64,000 nucleotides of DNA from Bigelowiella natans CCMP2755 (Eukaryota; Protista; Cercozoa). The stretch lies in NCBI GenBank assembly GCA_000320545.1, contig ADNK01000094.1, positions 42,545 through 106,544 of the forward strand. Reading direction: 5' to 3'. The position numbers were made by a program, and so were the translations under genes. The notes under the pieces are model-generated. The model searched no databases and was not told the origin of the DNA. It worked only from the letters and a program-made list of their open reading frames with translations. This document shows positions 13,705 through 27,025 of the stretch, piece after piece; positions within the stretch are counted from its first letter, which is position 1, and each line of letters opens with the position of its first letter.

Positions 13705-13799
13705 TGAAGCTCCGAGGTCTAACGAACACAGAGCATTTTGAGAGCGCGACATCATCAAACTGGATTTCTCGAATTTTAGTTTGCCGGTCACTTGTTTTT

Positions 13800-14260
13800 G
13801 TTGTGTTGGTGTTTCTCATTGCTCATTCATGGGTGTAAGCCCTGTGTTGCCCATGTTTCCTCACGGCAGCATGTCTAGATTTGCACGCACCGCCATGCAC
13901 ATCTCAGCTAATGCTATTCAAACAGCAATGGCAACAGGGCATCAAAATTCATCCTTGCTTGTGGCCATTTCTTTGAGTGGATCGTTGCCCCAACACCATC
14001 AAGGCAGAGAAAGACGAGGACACGCGCCATTGATGTTGCTTCTAGTCATGTCAACTTGCCACGCCAGACAGCCATGCAGCGCAGCATGGTTGTCATGCAT
14101 TTGTTCCACGTCCCGCGCATTGAGAATGCTTCATGCAAATGAGAACGTTTCATTGATGTGTCATGTGCGCACGTTTTCTTGCAATTTTTGTGCATGGATT
14201 CTCACTGCGCTAGTGGAACAACCATTGAATTACTGTTTTAGTAACAAATGCAAGATCTAG
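13800..14260. other. TG/CA-rich, TpA-poor island 3 (tandem junction)
   Basis: Very dense catg/tgca; most remaining TA is in ctag/cta/tag. Confidence 0.65.
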
Positions 14261-15796
14261 TCACGTGATGTGACCGACAGCTTTGGCGAGCGCCTTCTGT
14301 TTCATTTTGAGCTTGTGCCGCTTGTTTCGCTCCCTCCGAGTCGCTTTTGACTTCTCGCAAATCTCGATGAGTTCAGGTGTCACCGCCGCCGATGTTGCGG
14401 AAAGAACCTATGTAATTGTGGATCCGATGTGAAACAAGCCTACTCACTGTTCGGATTTTCCCTTCATCTTATCACCTGGGCGAGCTTTTCTGCGATCATT
14501 AAATCGTTGACAGTGACAAGCGAGTACGCCAAACCGCGCCTCCCCGCGCGCCCTGTTCTGCCGATGCGATGAACATATTGTTCGATGGTTTGCGGCATTT
14601 CATAGTTGACAACTACAGAGATGCCTGGGATGTCTAACCCCCTCGCTGCGATGTCCTGTTTTTTATCGACAGGGTAGCATTGGTAGAAGATAAGAAATTA
14701 CTCGTCTAGTTCAGCAGCATGGACGTGCATCATGAGTGGGGGTATGCCTCATCGACGAAGCTTAAAAAAAGCACCAAATACACAAACACATACACACACT
14801 CGCGACAGCTTGCAAATGTGATAGACTCGATTCCCTTATACTGCTATATGTACCGTTGCCACAAGCACGGCCTTTCTGTCTGTTCTGAAAGCATTTAGGG
14901 CCTCAAGGCGTGCCTCCTGAGTCAAATCGCCGTGCATCGCATGCACCGCTTCATATCCCATCACAACCAGCAGCTCCCGCACGTACTCAGCAGCCTTTTT
15001 TGTCTGTTATTACAAATTCTTACTGTTACCTACCAACCAACACTTTTATTACTCCCTCCAAATCTCAAGTACTCCTCGCGATCATCATCAAAATACTTGT
15101 ATGGTGCGTACGCACTTACGCACACAAATGCTCGCAAACACCTTGACGAACACGAGTACTCTGTTGTTTCGTCCATTGTGCGCCTCCTGTAGCACATCGA
15201 GAAGGAGCTGCGCACGTCCCTCGGTTGTGCAAACTCTTACGATTTGTTCGATGCTGTCAGGAGCTTCCGAGGCACGTCGAGATTGCTGCTTCCCAACCTA
15301 GAGATATGGGAACTACAGTTGTCTTTCATATATATATTTTATATTGCTGCAATCCTCCCCCCCCCCCCCTCCCCCTCCCCCTTCTCTCGTTCCTCCCCCC
15401 TAGTCCTTTTTGTAACGACGGCATTAGGGTTGGGGGATGAAGAATATGCTTAATCATCGAGACCTTAATATACACAGGGTGCGACTTGAGAACCTTCCTC
15501 GAGAACTCGTCCATTGAAGGAGGCCATGTCGCGCTTAGGAGCAGGCTCTGACGATCTTTGTGAAGATAGCTAAGACGGTGAGATGGGGTGGGTAGTAGTA
15601 GAAGGATTAGAACAAAAGTCAAATTCTACATAAAACCATGCATATAGAAGCGCGAGCATAATGCCAGAAAGCAGCATGGCAGTAGCCGCAAAGAAAACGA
15701 GTGTATTGGGGCAGAGTATGTGATACTTTACCTTATAATCTCCAGTACCTCTTCTCGAAACCCCATTGACATTAGTCTTCACGGCACGATGAAGAG

Positions 15797-15838
<42 letters not shown>

Positions 15839-16178
15839 AGCACAAAGCAATGATAGATTATGAGAGACCACGAGACGCAGCAAGTCATCAGAAAGACAAA
15901 TTGGGGAAGAATGTAAGGTGGAATCACAGTGGCACCGAATCCTACGGCTGGCATCATAATACCATGGTCGCTGCCGTCATCATCAGTAAAGAACATGCTA
16001 AGATGATTAGTATCTTGTTTCTTTGCGTACCGATCAGCCTCATCCAGTACAAGAAAGCGTGTATCTGATAGGTTTAAAGCCCCTGTGTAGTTCTTCATCA
16101 CGTCCAAGATCTGTATTTCATAACACAAAAACACTTCGATTCAAACGGGATGGTAAGCTCTTACGAATGTATGGTGAG

Positions 16179-16216
<38 letters not shown>

Positions 16217-17223
16217 AGTCAAAGGGGAGAGGTGGGGTCTGGGGGGGGAAACATACTCGCATGAAACACACGCATTTTATATAATTCCTCTAGTGTTCGA
16301 ATATCATCTCATTGCTCTCTCCTCCTCATTTCTAGTGACCCCGAAGTACTACCACCCATAGATACCCTTCCAGGCGTGGTGACAATTACGTCAGAGCCCG
16401 CGCTGATTGCTTCTATCTGCTTGCGAATGCCACTTCCGCCATACAACGCCCCGACACTCTTTTATGTGGAAGAAGATTGAATTGTAGATCATCTTCGTTA
16501 TCATCATCACCACCACCACCATCACATCGGCCCATATATTTCAGCAGGCCAACAGCAGCAACTAAACAGGAGCACAAAAACGCGCACGCCTTTCCTAGTG
16601 CTACGTTGCAACTTCAACTGAACTCTTAATCTACGGGTGATGGACGGTGCGCCACCTTTTGATGAGGTAGGAGGAATTTCGAAGCTACTTGGAAGATCTG
16701 AAGCGCTAGCTCTCTCGTCGGAGCAATTACCAACCCGCTCGGTCGGCATGTCACAGCAAAGGAAGACTGAACTTGAGCTGCAAATGAGGACAAGGAGGAG
16801 GAAGACGAAGAGACGGATAATGTCGACCTCCCCTTCCTTTTTTTCCTTTTCCAGGGCGATTTGTCCGAGAAGGGAGAGGGCAATAGGCTCCGCGCCGCTG
16901 CTGCTCCGTTGTATGGAAGAACAAAGGATTAGAAGTAGGACGGGACGAAAATAAAGCTGATATTGCATCGGTGTCATCATCGTCGCCATCATCCATCATC
17001 ATCATGATTATTATCGCAGGAATGAGAGATTGATATCAGTGAAGAATAGTACACACCACCTTGCAGTTGATGCTGCTGCTGATCAATGCCGTCCTCTGGC
17101 CGCCTTGCAAGTATATGGGCTAGCATAGGAACGAGATATCCAAGGGTTTTCCCCGATCCTTTTGTTTGGCAAGTGTGCGAGTGTGATTGTATGAGCGCAT
17201 ATGTGTAGTATATGTGTAATGTG

Positions 17224-17285
<62 letters not shown>

Positions 17286-18378
17286 TGTGTGTGTCAAAAT
17301 AAGCTCTGTTATACGTGTGCTGCTACCAGTTTCTGCCGTGGCTAAGATGTCCCTTCCGCTTAACCCCACCGACCAGCACCACATCTTTCCACAAAAAAGG
17401 AGCGGGGGCGTTTGTTGGGATAATAGCGTTGATTTTGTGGTGAGTGGTGTAATTCATTCAAAGCAGCCATGCAGCAATAAATCGGAGCGAGAGCAGCAAG
17501 AGATCTGCCTGTGTTCGACGCATTCTTTTCATATCTCTTTCTTGCGCTGTACCTGTATTGGGGTAGGGGCGACAAAAGCCTTCGGGAATCCTGCCTTCAC
17601 CTTGTCGTAGGGGAGCAAATGCCCGAGCTCCCTCAGAGAACGAACCTGAGGAAGGTTAAGACTTTAATGTGAATGCTGAATCAATTTCTCCTAGGGGAAA
17701 TATATGGAACATTTTGGCCAAGATGAACCCTGTAAGCTCACAACCAATACGAAGGTAAGGTCTATTTAGTGGCATTTCTATGATTACTGCTATAATCATT
17801 ACAATTTGGACGATTTTTTGTAAATATGCATGCAGCATCACCACTATCGCCCACCCATCATCAAATCGATGTAAAACCCCCCTCCCCAGCATCAAATCAT
17901 CGATGTCTCTCCTTCTATTTTCTGGCCCCCTCGGTGTTCGTGTTTCTGCTCGCCTATCATCCCTCCGAAGTTACCGGTTTCCACTTCTGACGACGTGCGT
18001 GCGTGGCGTTGGCGGAGCTCATGTTATCAACTTTGGCAGCTTCATCGGTGTCATTAAGATTTAAGCGGTCGACAATAACAACGGGGGTACTAACAGTATT
18101 CCCAGCAGCAGTGCAGTCAGCAGCAGCTGCATCAACATCTCCCGTGATTCCTTGGCCTTTTACTTTGTTTGCTTGCTCATGCCTTTGGCGTAGTAGCGTT
18201 TGTTTCTTCCTCAACCGTTTTAAAAGAAACGAGGAGGCAGGAGCCTCCCTCCGCACATCATCGTCAACCTATGGTGAAAGAGAAGAGGTATGATATGCGT
18301 CGCTCATCGTTGCTAAAATTGGGATCAAGATCAGTAGCAGGGCGGGCTTCTGCTCGACAACTATGTGCAAGCTTGCGT

Positions 18379-18416
<38 letters not shown>

Positions 18417-18810
18417 AAAATAGGGATAGGAGAGGAGTGGGAGAACGGTAGGAAACGTCGCTGCGCTGACTGCGTCTATTTCTTTTTATAACTAACACCA
18501 ATGAAGGTTGAGCCAGATATTCATACATTCCATTTTTATGTTGCACTTCCCAACGCGTAGAGGAGAGCTGTCAGTTCTGAGCGCTCACACACGAAATGAT
18601 TCATCACCTCTTCCGGGAGGTCGCTCGATGTGTCATCGTCCTGGTGCTTTCGCAGGCGTTTCTCGCTATCTTTCTTGGGCTGGAGAATACAATGTCAAAT
18701 AGATGCAAGAATAGGAATAAATAATGACTTTTGTAGATAGATGGCGTTTGTCGCCTCTGCGTGCGTGTTCTGGCACAGGACGATGGGATTTCTCTCTCTC
18801 CCCACCTCAT
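14261..18810 (-). CDS. DEAD-box RNA helicase (DBP2/DDX5-like superfamily member), multi-exon
   Basis: Q motif APTPIQ; [10 protein letters not shown]|[11 protein letters not shown]; [11 protein letters not shown]; YGG..IVTTPG; LVLDEADR; LSATWP; [36 protein letters not shown]. Stop TGA at 14261-14263. Start approximate. Confidence 0.92.
17226..17293. repeat. Compound microsatellite (CT)n(GT)n, intronic
   Basis: Read directly from sequence. Confidence 0.95.
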
Positions 18811-19039
18811 GAGAGTTCCGTTGCTTAGATGCTACATCTGTAGGGGCGGAAGCGTCTGGGTAATCCTGTACAATTTAGAAACATAAATTTTAAAGTTGAT
18901 CCCCACTATTTTCTTAGTTTCACGAATAGGATGGAAAGATTATGCTGCGGCGATTTTTGTGTAACAGGGTTTTAATGTAATAAGGTGGCGGTCGCTCGAG
19001 GTCAGTCAATCACCCTCAATCAATTAAGCAAGCAACTAA

Positions 19040-20334
19040 TTAATAAAGCACCATTGAAATACGCCTTGCGACGGCAGCTACAAGTTTCGAAGCCATGGAG
19101 GTTTCCATCCCTAGACTTTCCAAAAAATGTTGGTCTAGCTGAGCAAGAGTCTTTCCGTCCACCTAGATGTTATTCGAGAAGAAATTCAGAGTGTGACTGA
19201 CGGAGAAGATGCGCAAATACGTGGATTGATTCGGTTTATTTATTTCCACCCCTTGCTCAGCCAGCAGGGCTCCCCATTCTTGCCATGAGGGATTGTCGTC
19301 GTCATCATGACTTTCGGCCCTATCGCCTTCTGCACTTCGATCACCCTGCCACAACTCCGCAACAAATCCCCTGACATGATTCTGATCCCAATCCAAAAGG
19401 CATCCTCCTCCATTCCGATGGCTGTTATCTCTCCTTGCAACGCCAAGTCGTTGCGCGCGGTCTGGAGCAAGCCGGCTACGTAGCTTATCTCTCCGCCGCC
19501 GAACGTCATCCCTTAGCACCTGGCTCTTCGTAATCGGCGCAGTATCGGACTGAAGCGAATCAATCATCGAAAGACACATTTTGAATTTACACTCAATATT
19601 GAATTATTGTGAACTGTTAAACGAACTAGAGACGCATGATTTCAGTTCGTTCTTACTCGAGTGTCGCAGCAGTCGAGGTTATTCTTCTGATCCTCGCTGC
19701 TGCCTATGCTTGCAGCGCCATTTGAGAGCATCACATTTAAGGGCGAAGATTCAGACAGCGATGCCCCGATTGAAGTTCCATTGCCCCTGGGTAGCGTTAA
19801 AACTAAAGATCATACCAAGACAACAAAAATAATCAGAACACACACGAACACAATACAACACGCACGTGAACACACGCACGCACGCACATATCCGCCTTGG
19901 CTAGGAAAGGTAGGATGGATGGAGGTAAGAATGGAGTGTGAGTCGTTCGCACATACGATTGAGGAGCGCACTGAAAATGAGAAGTGCGCGCATCCACACT
20001 CTAGAGCCCCGATGAATCTCCTCCGTCGCAGCCAGGTCAGAACGCTCTTCCCGAACCGACGCGACCATACGATCAGGCTCTTACACACTACTGCGAGGCA
20101 TCAGATACTCATCACACATCTGATTTTCATGCAGCAGCGCACTCAGTCGTAGCTCTGGGCAAAGTAGCTCATCGGCTCGGCCGACCTATTTCCTGAGGAA
20201 CATCCGAGCTCACCTACCCGTACCGCACGAATGCAATTCAATGGCGTTTCCCAATATCGACAAAGTATTTTCATGTCGCACCTATAAAAACGATACATAC
20301 TCGCATTTCGTTCGAAACGGATTTCATATTCCAT
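19040..20334 (-). CDS. Protein with C-terminal SAM domain
   Basis: LLDWDQNHVRGFVAELW...WQEWGALLAEQG|VDGKTLAQLDQHFLESLGMETSMASKLVAAV fits the SAM pattern W..EDV..W/F..Y...F....IDG..LL.L....L..LG. Stop at 19040-19042. 5' exons uncertain. Confidence 0.65.
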
Positions 20335-20468
20335 TGCCAGAAGTCTCTGCCAAGAATCTGATTTAGGCGAATTCGCCAGTTCTAGGAAAGAAATCCCCCC
20401 TATTTACCATCATTTTCCTTCCAATTCTCCTAAAATTAAACAAATTCCCGGGTAGGGTGCCGAAGTTT

Positions 20469-22179
20469 ATGAGCTACAAATCTGAGTTTACAAATGAACC
20501 AGTTCGGGTAGAAAAAGGCATTGGGAAGGGGGGAGGGCATCATTCCAATGAACATGTGAAGAACCTTCTGCATTATTTATTTTACACGGTTCTAGAAATG
20601 TGTACCTCTATCTTAGACTCTATAGACCATTTCGCAAACCAACTGGGGGGTAGATGCGGCGGGATTACTTACTTTTCCACCTTCTGTTTTAGGCCTCCGA
20701 ACGATCGTCTTCCGCTTGTTCAACCAGTACCGTCACTTAATCCATTTTTCAAAAGATTCGAAATGTTAACCGCGATCAATATACTGACTTCCCTCATGAA
20801 CGTAATCTCGAAGTACTCGAGTTGAAGGGGTTGTCATTAGTATATGTAAAGTCCTAAGGAGCTGTGTATCTGAAAAACTAGGCGAATAGTAGAGCCAGGG
20901 CCCTATATTTGAAAAACCTCGACAGTCATGAAGTGGGAGAGAGGATCCATGAAAATAATAGAGGAAGAGTACAATACAACCTGTTCAAGGATTCTGGAGT
21001 AGCAGGGGAGCCCGTTACAGGTGAATAAAGTAGTAGTAGACGTGTGGTAGTAGGTGATCACCTTCACGGAGTAGAACTTGAGTGAATTTTGTCCTAGGGT
21101 TCATGAAACGCAAGTCTTCCTCGAATCCGAACAAGAGTAGCTACGAAATGAATTCCAACTTCCACGATACCCAGTACGAGACTCCTCTCAGTTGTATTCC
21201 TGGACTGCGGAAAAATCCAGTTTTACATGAGGTGGGCACCCCAAAAAATCAAAACATTCACGATGCATTGAATGATCCATGCATGGTTCGTATAAGAATT
21301 CATGTCTGAGAGTAATATGTAGCTGCCGAGACGTCATCTCTTGTACACATTTGGGAGTACTTCGACCTTCTTAAGTGAAAATATATGCATTCTCTCTTTT
21401 ATGACTTTCGAAGTGGAGGAAGGGAAACAATCTGATGCGTAAAGTAGCAAGATCGAAAAGATCGCCAGATAGATCTCCCCTCGCGAGAAATGCCGAGATT
21501 AACATGTTTACTGGATACGTAAAGGATGGGCCGGTAAGTGAAAGAAGAACCTGCTAACCAATTATAATAGCATGCTGCGAATAGAGTGTAGACATGCATA
21601 CTATAATGCCCTTGAATTGTATGCATGGACCTGGTGTGTCACCCTCGAAAGGTAAGGGAACGACGTGCTGTTCGCTCATAGATCGCTCATGTTTACCTAG
21701 TAAGTGTAACTTGCCCGTCATCGGTTTATCATTCAGGCTGGCATCGATAACAAGGAGGTTATGACTTTGAGGAAACTTGGCGTGATGGTCCCAGGATCAA
21801 AGATAGCTGTGAGGAGAAGAGTCAATGGAGTCTTGTCAGTGATACCTAATCCATTTCTTCTTACCTCTAAAAGTAGAAGTTCAAGAATTTTATCCGAGCT
21901 GTTGCCATGGTATTACGATTCATCACCTTTTCGTAATCATCAGTGACGGCGGAGAGAGGCCAAATGTGAATATACAGGGGAAAACGGTATCCCCTAAACA
22001 GAAGACTGCTGCGCCTTGGGACGTCATCGACAGCAGACAGTAAGTGAACATGCGAAAGATAAAAAGAATGAAGTTAGTAATACTCTGACTCTTTGTTGTT
22101 TGTTATTCTTTTCTTTGTTCAATTTTTAATCTGATCTCCCAGCCCACTTTTTCGTCTCGTTGTGTGTATGGTGTGAATG

Positions 22180-22272
<93 letters not shown>

Positions 22273-23051
22273 CGTGTATGTACGGGCTATGACCGTGTAT
22301 GTGCCATCTTATCAGGGAAGCCAGAGATATTTTTAAGAAAAATCAGTTCCAAAGATTCCATGCTGATGATCTGGTAAAGTATGAGCTAGTACTACCTCCC
22401 ACAGCAGCAAGAAGAAGAGAATGGATGGTTTGCTGTGAATAAAGAGAATATAGACTGGTGCTTAGCTATTATCGTATGATGATCATGAAAGGGGAAGATA
22501 TAGCTACTACCTACTACTACTACTTTGCTGAGAAACAACACCAATATGTGTTATTATGCGTACAACAGAAGGCTGGAGCTCCATGGAACAAGACACCTAG
22601 ATCAGATGGAAGGAATCTCCAGTCATATCTTACACTCACCTCGTTTACTTGCAGCTTGAATATACGTGACCTTAGGAGTCTCATTTGCGTACTACTACAT
22701 GTGTTGCGATGTCTTCTGTGGTATTAAAGGATGAGAATAGCCACGAAGGCACCATGGTTGAAAACACCAAAGTCAAGTATGGGAAAGAAAATGTACGTAC
22801 TTACCCGCATAATTAATTACTAAGACACCATGGTGTTATATTCTCCTCGGTTCTTCTTCCGTGACCATATTTTTCCTTGCTACTGTTTCAAAGTGCGTGA
22901 ACTAGCTGTGGAATCGTTGTCATGATCTTATTCATAGCTCAATTAAGATTTCGATATGCCGACTATGTATCACCTCGAGCCCGAGTAATCTCGGTGCAAC
23001 TGAGAGGGGGGCTTGATTTCACCCTTAACTTCTACTGTGTAGGTTCAGTGA
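20469..23051 (+). CDS. Hypothetical basic protein with repeated APW motifs, many short exons
   Basis: In-phase GT-AG exons: AGIDNKEVMTLRKLGVMVPGSKIA; KQKTAAPWDVIDSRQ; EARDIFKKNQFQRFHADDL; KAGAPWNKTPRSDG; QMRIATKAPWLKTPKSS; FRYADYVSPRAR|VQ*. Confidence 0.6.
22181..22270. repeat. Compound microsatellite (GT)n(GA)n(GT)n(GC)n, intronic
   Basis: Read directly from sequence. Confidence 0.95.
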
Positions 23052-23119
23052 TGACGAAACCGATTTCCTGAGAAAAAGTGCGCCTATCTAGCCAAGTCTT
23101 ATTTTGCTTCATTATTCTT

Positions 23120-23622
23120 ACTTCAGCATTGCATCCCAAACGGATGTACGTACTGTACCGTAGTGTGCGAATGCGTATTTAGAGTATTCATGCCATGCGA
23201 ATGTGAATTATTATCATATGCATGTTGATCGGCATTTAGGGAATTCCAATTGCAAAGTTGCGCATGATAAAGATAAATACTCTTTTTCGTTCCAACTATC
23301 ATCCAATCCGATGTGCAATAGCTTTAATCGCAGCTGATTAATAGCTGCTTGCTGCCTTATGTTACGAATAAATACACTTTATTTGTATGGTATTACTACC
23401 ACACTTACATGTACGTGCACGCAAAGAATATGCATGCGACAGACCATATTATATGTGAAGTACGTAGCCATATTCTACTGTTACGTTGTGATAAGCAATG
23501 TTCGCATGGCTATATGTACATGTCTCATCAAGGCGCTGAGCCGTTCACGTTCTCACGGAGCGTGGTCGATTGGAGACAAATGTTGAATGTGTAAGGGTAT
23601 GTGTGCGCATATGCATGACTGT

Positions 23623-23659
<37 letters not shown>

Positions 23660-24340
23660 GTGTACGACATGTGCGCGCATCTATGCCTCTTAAAATTCAT
23701 GTTTGGTGTGACCGACATTGCAATGAATGGTAGCCACCTGCAGCTACAACGCTACGAAACGTAGTTAAATGTATTATTATTAACGACTCCTATGGATATT
23801 CAATGCATTCGCTACGCTGATAGCATATTCTAATTAAGGGCCTATCTAGCTTTGCACAGGATTAGCGATGTAGCCGCGATTAGTTGCGATTGCATAATGC
23901 CATCAAACTTATCATCATGCTCGCCATTTATAACATGTGAGACGTATATATTTATGCGCGCCATCTGTGGTGTTGGCAACATTGGAACTTTTTTGCTGTC
24001 CAGAGGACAACGCACAAAATTGGAAGCAATGTGCGACACATGCAACACATTGCAAGACATGGACCACATTCTGCAATGCAGAAAATACGGACCACAGAGA
24101 CTCAGAATCAACAAATAACTGACGGCCATCATGGATCGCAACGATAAGACTACGCGTCTCACTACCGCGGAAAAAACAACTCGCAAAGCTGCGCGCAAAG
24201 CACGACATGCTAGACCAAATCATGATGCATTTTCATGCATGCAACATGTGACCAAGGAAACAAACAGACACAATTTAAGCGCTGTAGCCGCTGCATTGCA
24301 TAGCTACATTAGGATGACCATTGAAAAAATTTAAACATTT
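23120..24340. other. TG/CA-rich intergenic island 4 (convergent junction), contains LINE relic
   Basis: catgccatgcg, atgcatgttg, gcatatgcatg, catgatgcattttcatgcatgcaacatgtg. Confidence 0.6.
23890..24334 (+). mobile_element. Degenerate 3' fragment of a non-LTR retrotransposon (LINE) ORF2
   Basis: FMRAICGVGNIGTFLL..CDTCNTLQDMDHILQCRKYGPQRLRI matches the C-terminal CX2CX7HX3C zinc knuckle plus Y...R of LINE ORF2. In-frame TAA at 24116-24118, then the frame continues to 24334. No RT domain visible. Confidence 0.65.
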
Positions 24341-24415
24341 CATTACATCCGTCTCATATATTTATATAAGAGAGAAGCCAGAGAGAAAGTATTGAAAGCA
24401 TCTGGAATGAGATCA

Positions 24416-26991
24416 TCAAATTTGCTCTTTCTTGCAGCTGGTTCTTACGTCTTCTTTAGTGCTGCTTCTTCCATCATTATTATCCATTTTTGCATCAAAC
24501 GCTTGAAATTGCCTTCGCTCGTCATCGTCGAATTCCTGTATAAAATGAAAATGTCAGTCGTGTTGAGGGTTTCATATCACACAGCTGCCCACAGAGAATG
24601 CATAAAGACACCGACGTCTCGTTTTCCCCGGAGCATGTTGGTTAGCAAGTGTTGTGTCACTTTCTCACAGCTGCTGCTGGAATGAACGTACCTGTTCATC
24701 CAGATCTCGGCTAGTAGAATACCCTATTTTCTCCTTTGTAATGACCTATAGTAATGCAGAAATAGAAGAGAGGGTGGGCGGAAGTGAATTTAAGCGATCT
24801 GACAGCGGGGAAGATTCTGGAGTGATGTTTGATGTAGATAGCGAGGGGAGGGGGGAGGAGGGGGGAGCAAGACTATTGGTTTTGAGGGAGTAGCAATGAT
24901 ACCTAAAGAAGGAGAAGAAAGAAAGAATAAATGAATGCATGAAGAAATGGACTAGAATGCTGCAATACGTCGGCCTTGAGAATAAAATAAACACAGGCGG
25001 TGCTGCTGTGAGAACGGATAGAATAACACACCTTTTCTTTCAGCCGATATTGCTGAGCGGAAAGAATTTTTCTCTTCACATCTACAACAGAGAAATGACA
25101 CGAAGGAGTGCACGCACAGAGCAATCTCAATTGCCATTATAATTGATACAAATCTATTGGATTAGCGATGTAGAGAGAAAAGCATGCAGATGAAAGTGAG
25201 CATGTGATCGTCTACTTGGATCTTGCTGTCGTTCTGCCCATAGTGTACGAAAGTAGTTTCTTGCTTCTATATCTTTGTTCCTTGCTCTATTGAAGTGGTG
25301 TAAAGGAGGAAGAGGGAGAGAGACAGAAGAGGATGTAGCTTTCATAACCACATCAAGGCATGCTATCAGCAACACCCCACTACTGCCTTTCACCGCCATC
25401 ATCTACAGAAAATCCAAAAACCTCTTCGCTCCTACTACTTCTTTTCTTCAAATAGCACAGCTATTGTGTCCTACTGCTGCTTACGTGTTGATCCAAGAGC
25501 GGATGAGGGGAATCGCGTTGTACCCAAGCGCATAGGTCAGCAAATAGGGGAATAGATCCTTCATCACCAAAGACAACTGCGGGGGCCATAATGCAGACAT
25601 CAGGATATGAACAGTAAGGGACAGCAATCTCATCAGAACTACTATTCACACTATTCGTTTCTTCTTTGCAAATAGCGAGATTCTCAATTAGTGGCGCTTC
25701 GATTGTTGTCATATTGACTTGAAAGGCTGGCAAGACGACGAGGAAGAGGAAGAGGAAGAAGAACAACATTCCGCTCTCTACTTCCATCACTTCCATCACC
25801 TGTGGGCCGACTTTGTACGGAAGACTTGGATCCCGTAGCAATGTTCCCAAGTATCTTCGTGAGGAGGAAAGGATGCAGGTTATTAGTTACTGTAAGCTCC
25901 GAAGAGAGGCCATCATTCTCAATGGAGTTCATATGCACTGGATATGATGCGATAATGATGGTTTTAATAGCAAACTTAGGGAGGAGGAGGAGAAGGGGGG
26001 AAGGTAATGAAAGAAATTTTCAGAAAGTTGAATCAGAATCATCATAATTTCTATGATATATGTGTGTGGGTGTGTATGGACTTGTATAGGGAGTTTTCTC
26101 TTCTGTTTCATCTCCAACTTTATTTTTTCCTCCTTCTTCTTACATACATTGCTCCTACAAGGTTGATCACACCCAACGCTCCAGAAAGGAACTTATTTGT
26201 ATCAGAGGCCAGAGAGAATGGAATAGCTTCCTCAGGGAGTATCTTTGGAGAGGAGGGAGAGTGCAGATTAGACGTCTCCCCTCGTGACTGTTGCCCTGTG
26301 ATTCGTAACAACTCATCGAAAGCACCATCCTCGCTACCACCATCATCGTTGTCATATGATCTGCAAGCAGTCAAACGTAATGTTGTGATGGAAAGGAGAA
26401 GGAGGAGGAGGGGGAGGGGGAGGAGGAGGAGATCGTGAGGTGCATTCAATTCACATGTTGTTTGTACTAATAGCTGTCACTGAGAATTGCTCTTACAGAA
26501 TCAAGTACTTGATGATAAATGCAAACAACGGAGCTCGTATTTCAAACGATGAACGGAAAGAATAATCTTCCTATTACTCTGCAACTTGAGCTGTGATGGA
26601 AAGATCTGGAAACACGTACACAAGCTCGCCCCGATCAGTGACCTAAGTAGAGCCACGCACCACACATAGCAGCATGGAGAGTAAAGACCCCACAGCAGCA
26701 TTCGAGTAATCGTTGTGCAAAGCGACGACAGTTCCTACAAAACTACTGAAATATATGCGCTTTCAGGCAAGACATAGCAAGTACACGTACACCTCTGGTG
26801 CTCCATTCAGTGCTACCAGCACATCAAGAACGAAGCTTTCGTCTACATAGATGCTATCACTGCTGCCATCAGGAGGAGGCTGCTCGGGTGAGAGAAGAGG
26901 GGCTAACTGCTCTGCCGTCACAACCCCGTAGTTATCTCGTATCAATCGTGCAGCAGCCCTAAATAAGAGGTGCAAAACATTAGTGAAGACA

Positions 26992-27025
<34 letters not shown>

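Noticed and set aside
13781-14260. 159-aa ORF rich in M/H/C/A
   Set aside because: A by-product of TpA depletion (few TAA/TAG stops) in island 3; no recognisable domain.
19706-20152. + strand ORF with Skp1-like IEVPLP
   Set aside because: No other Skp1 motifs; antisense to the SAM-domain gene.
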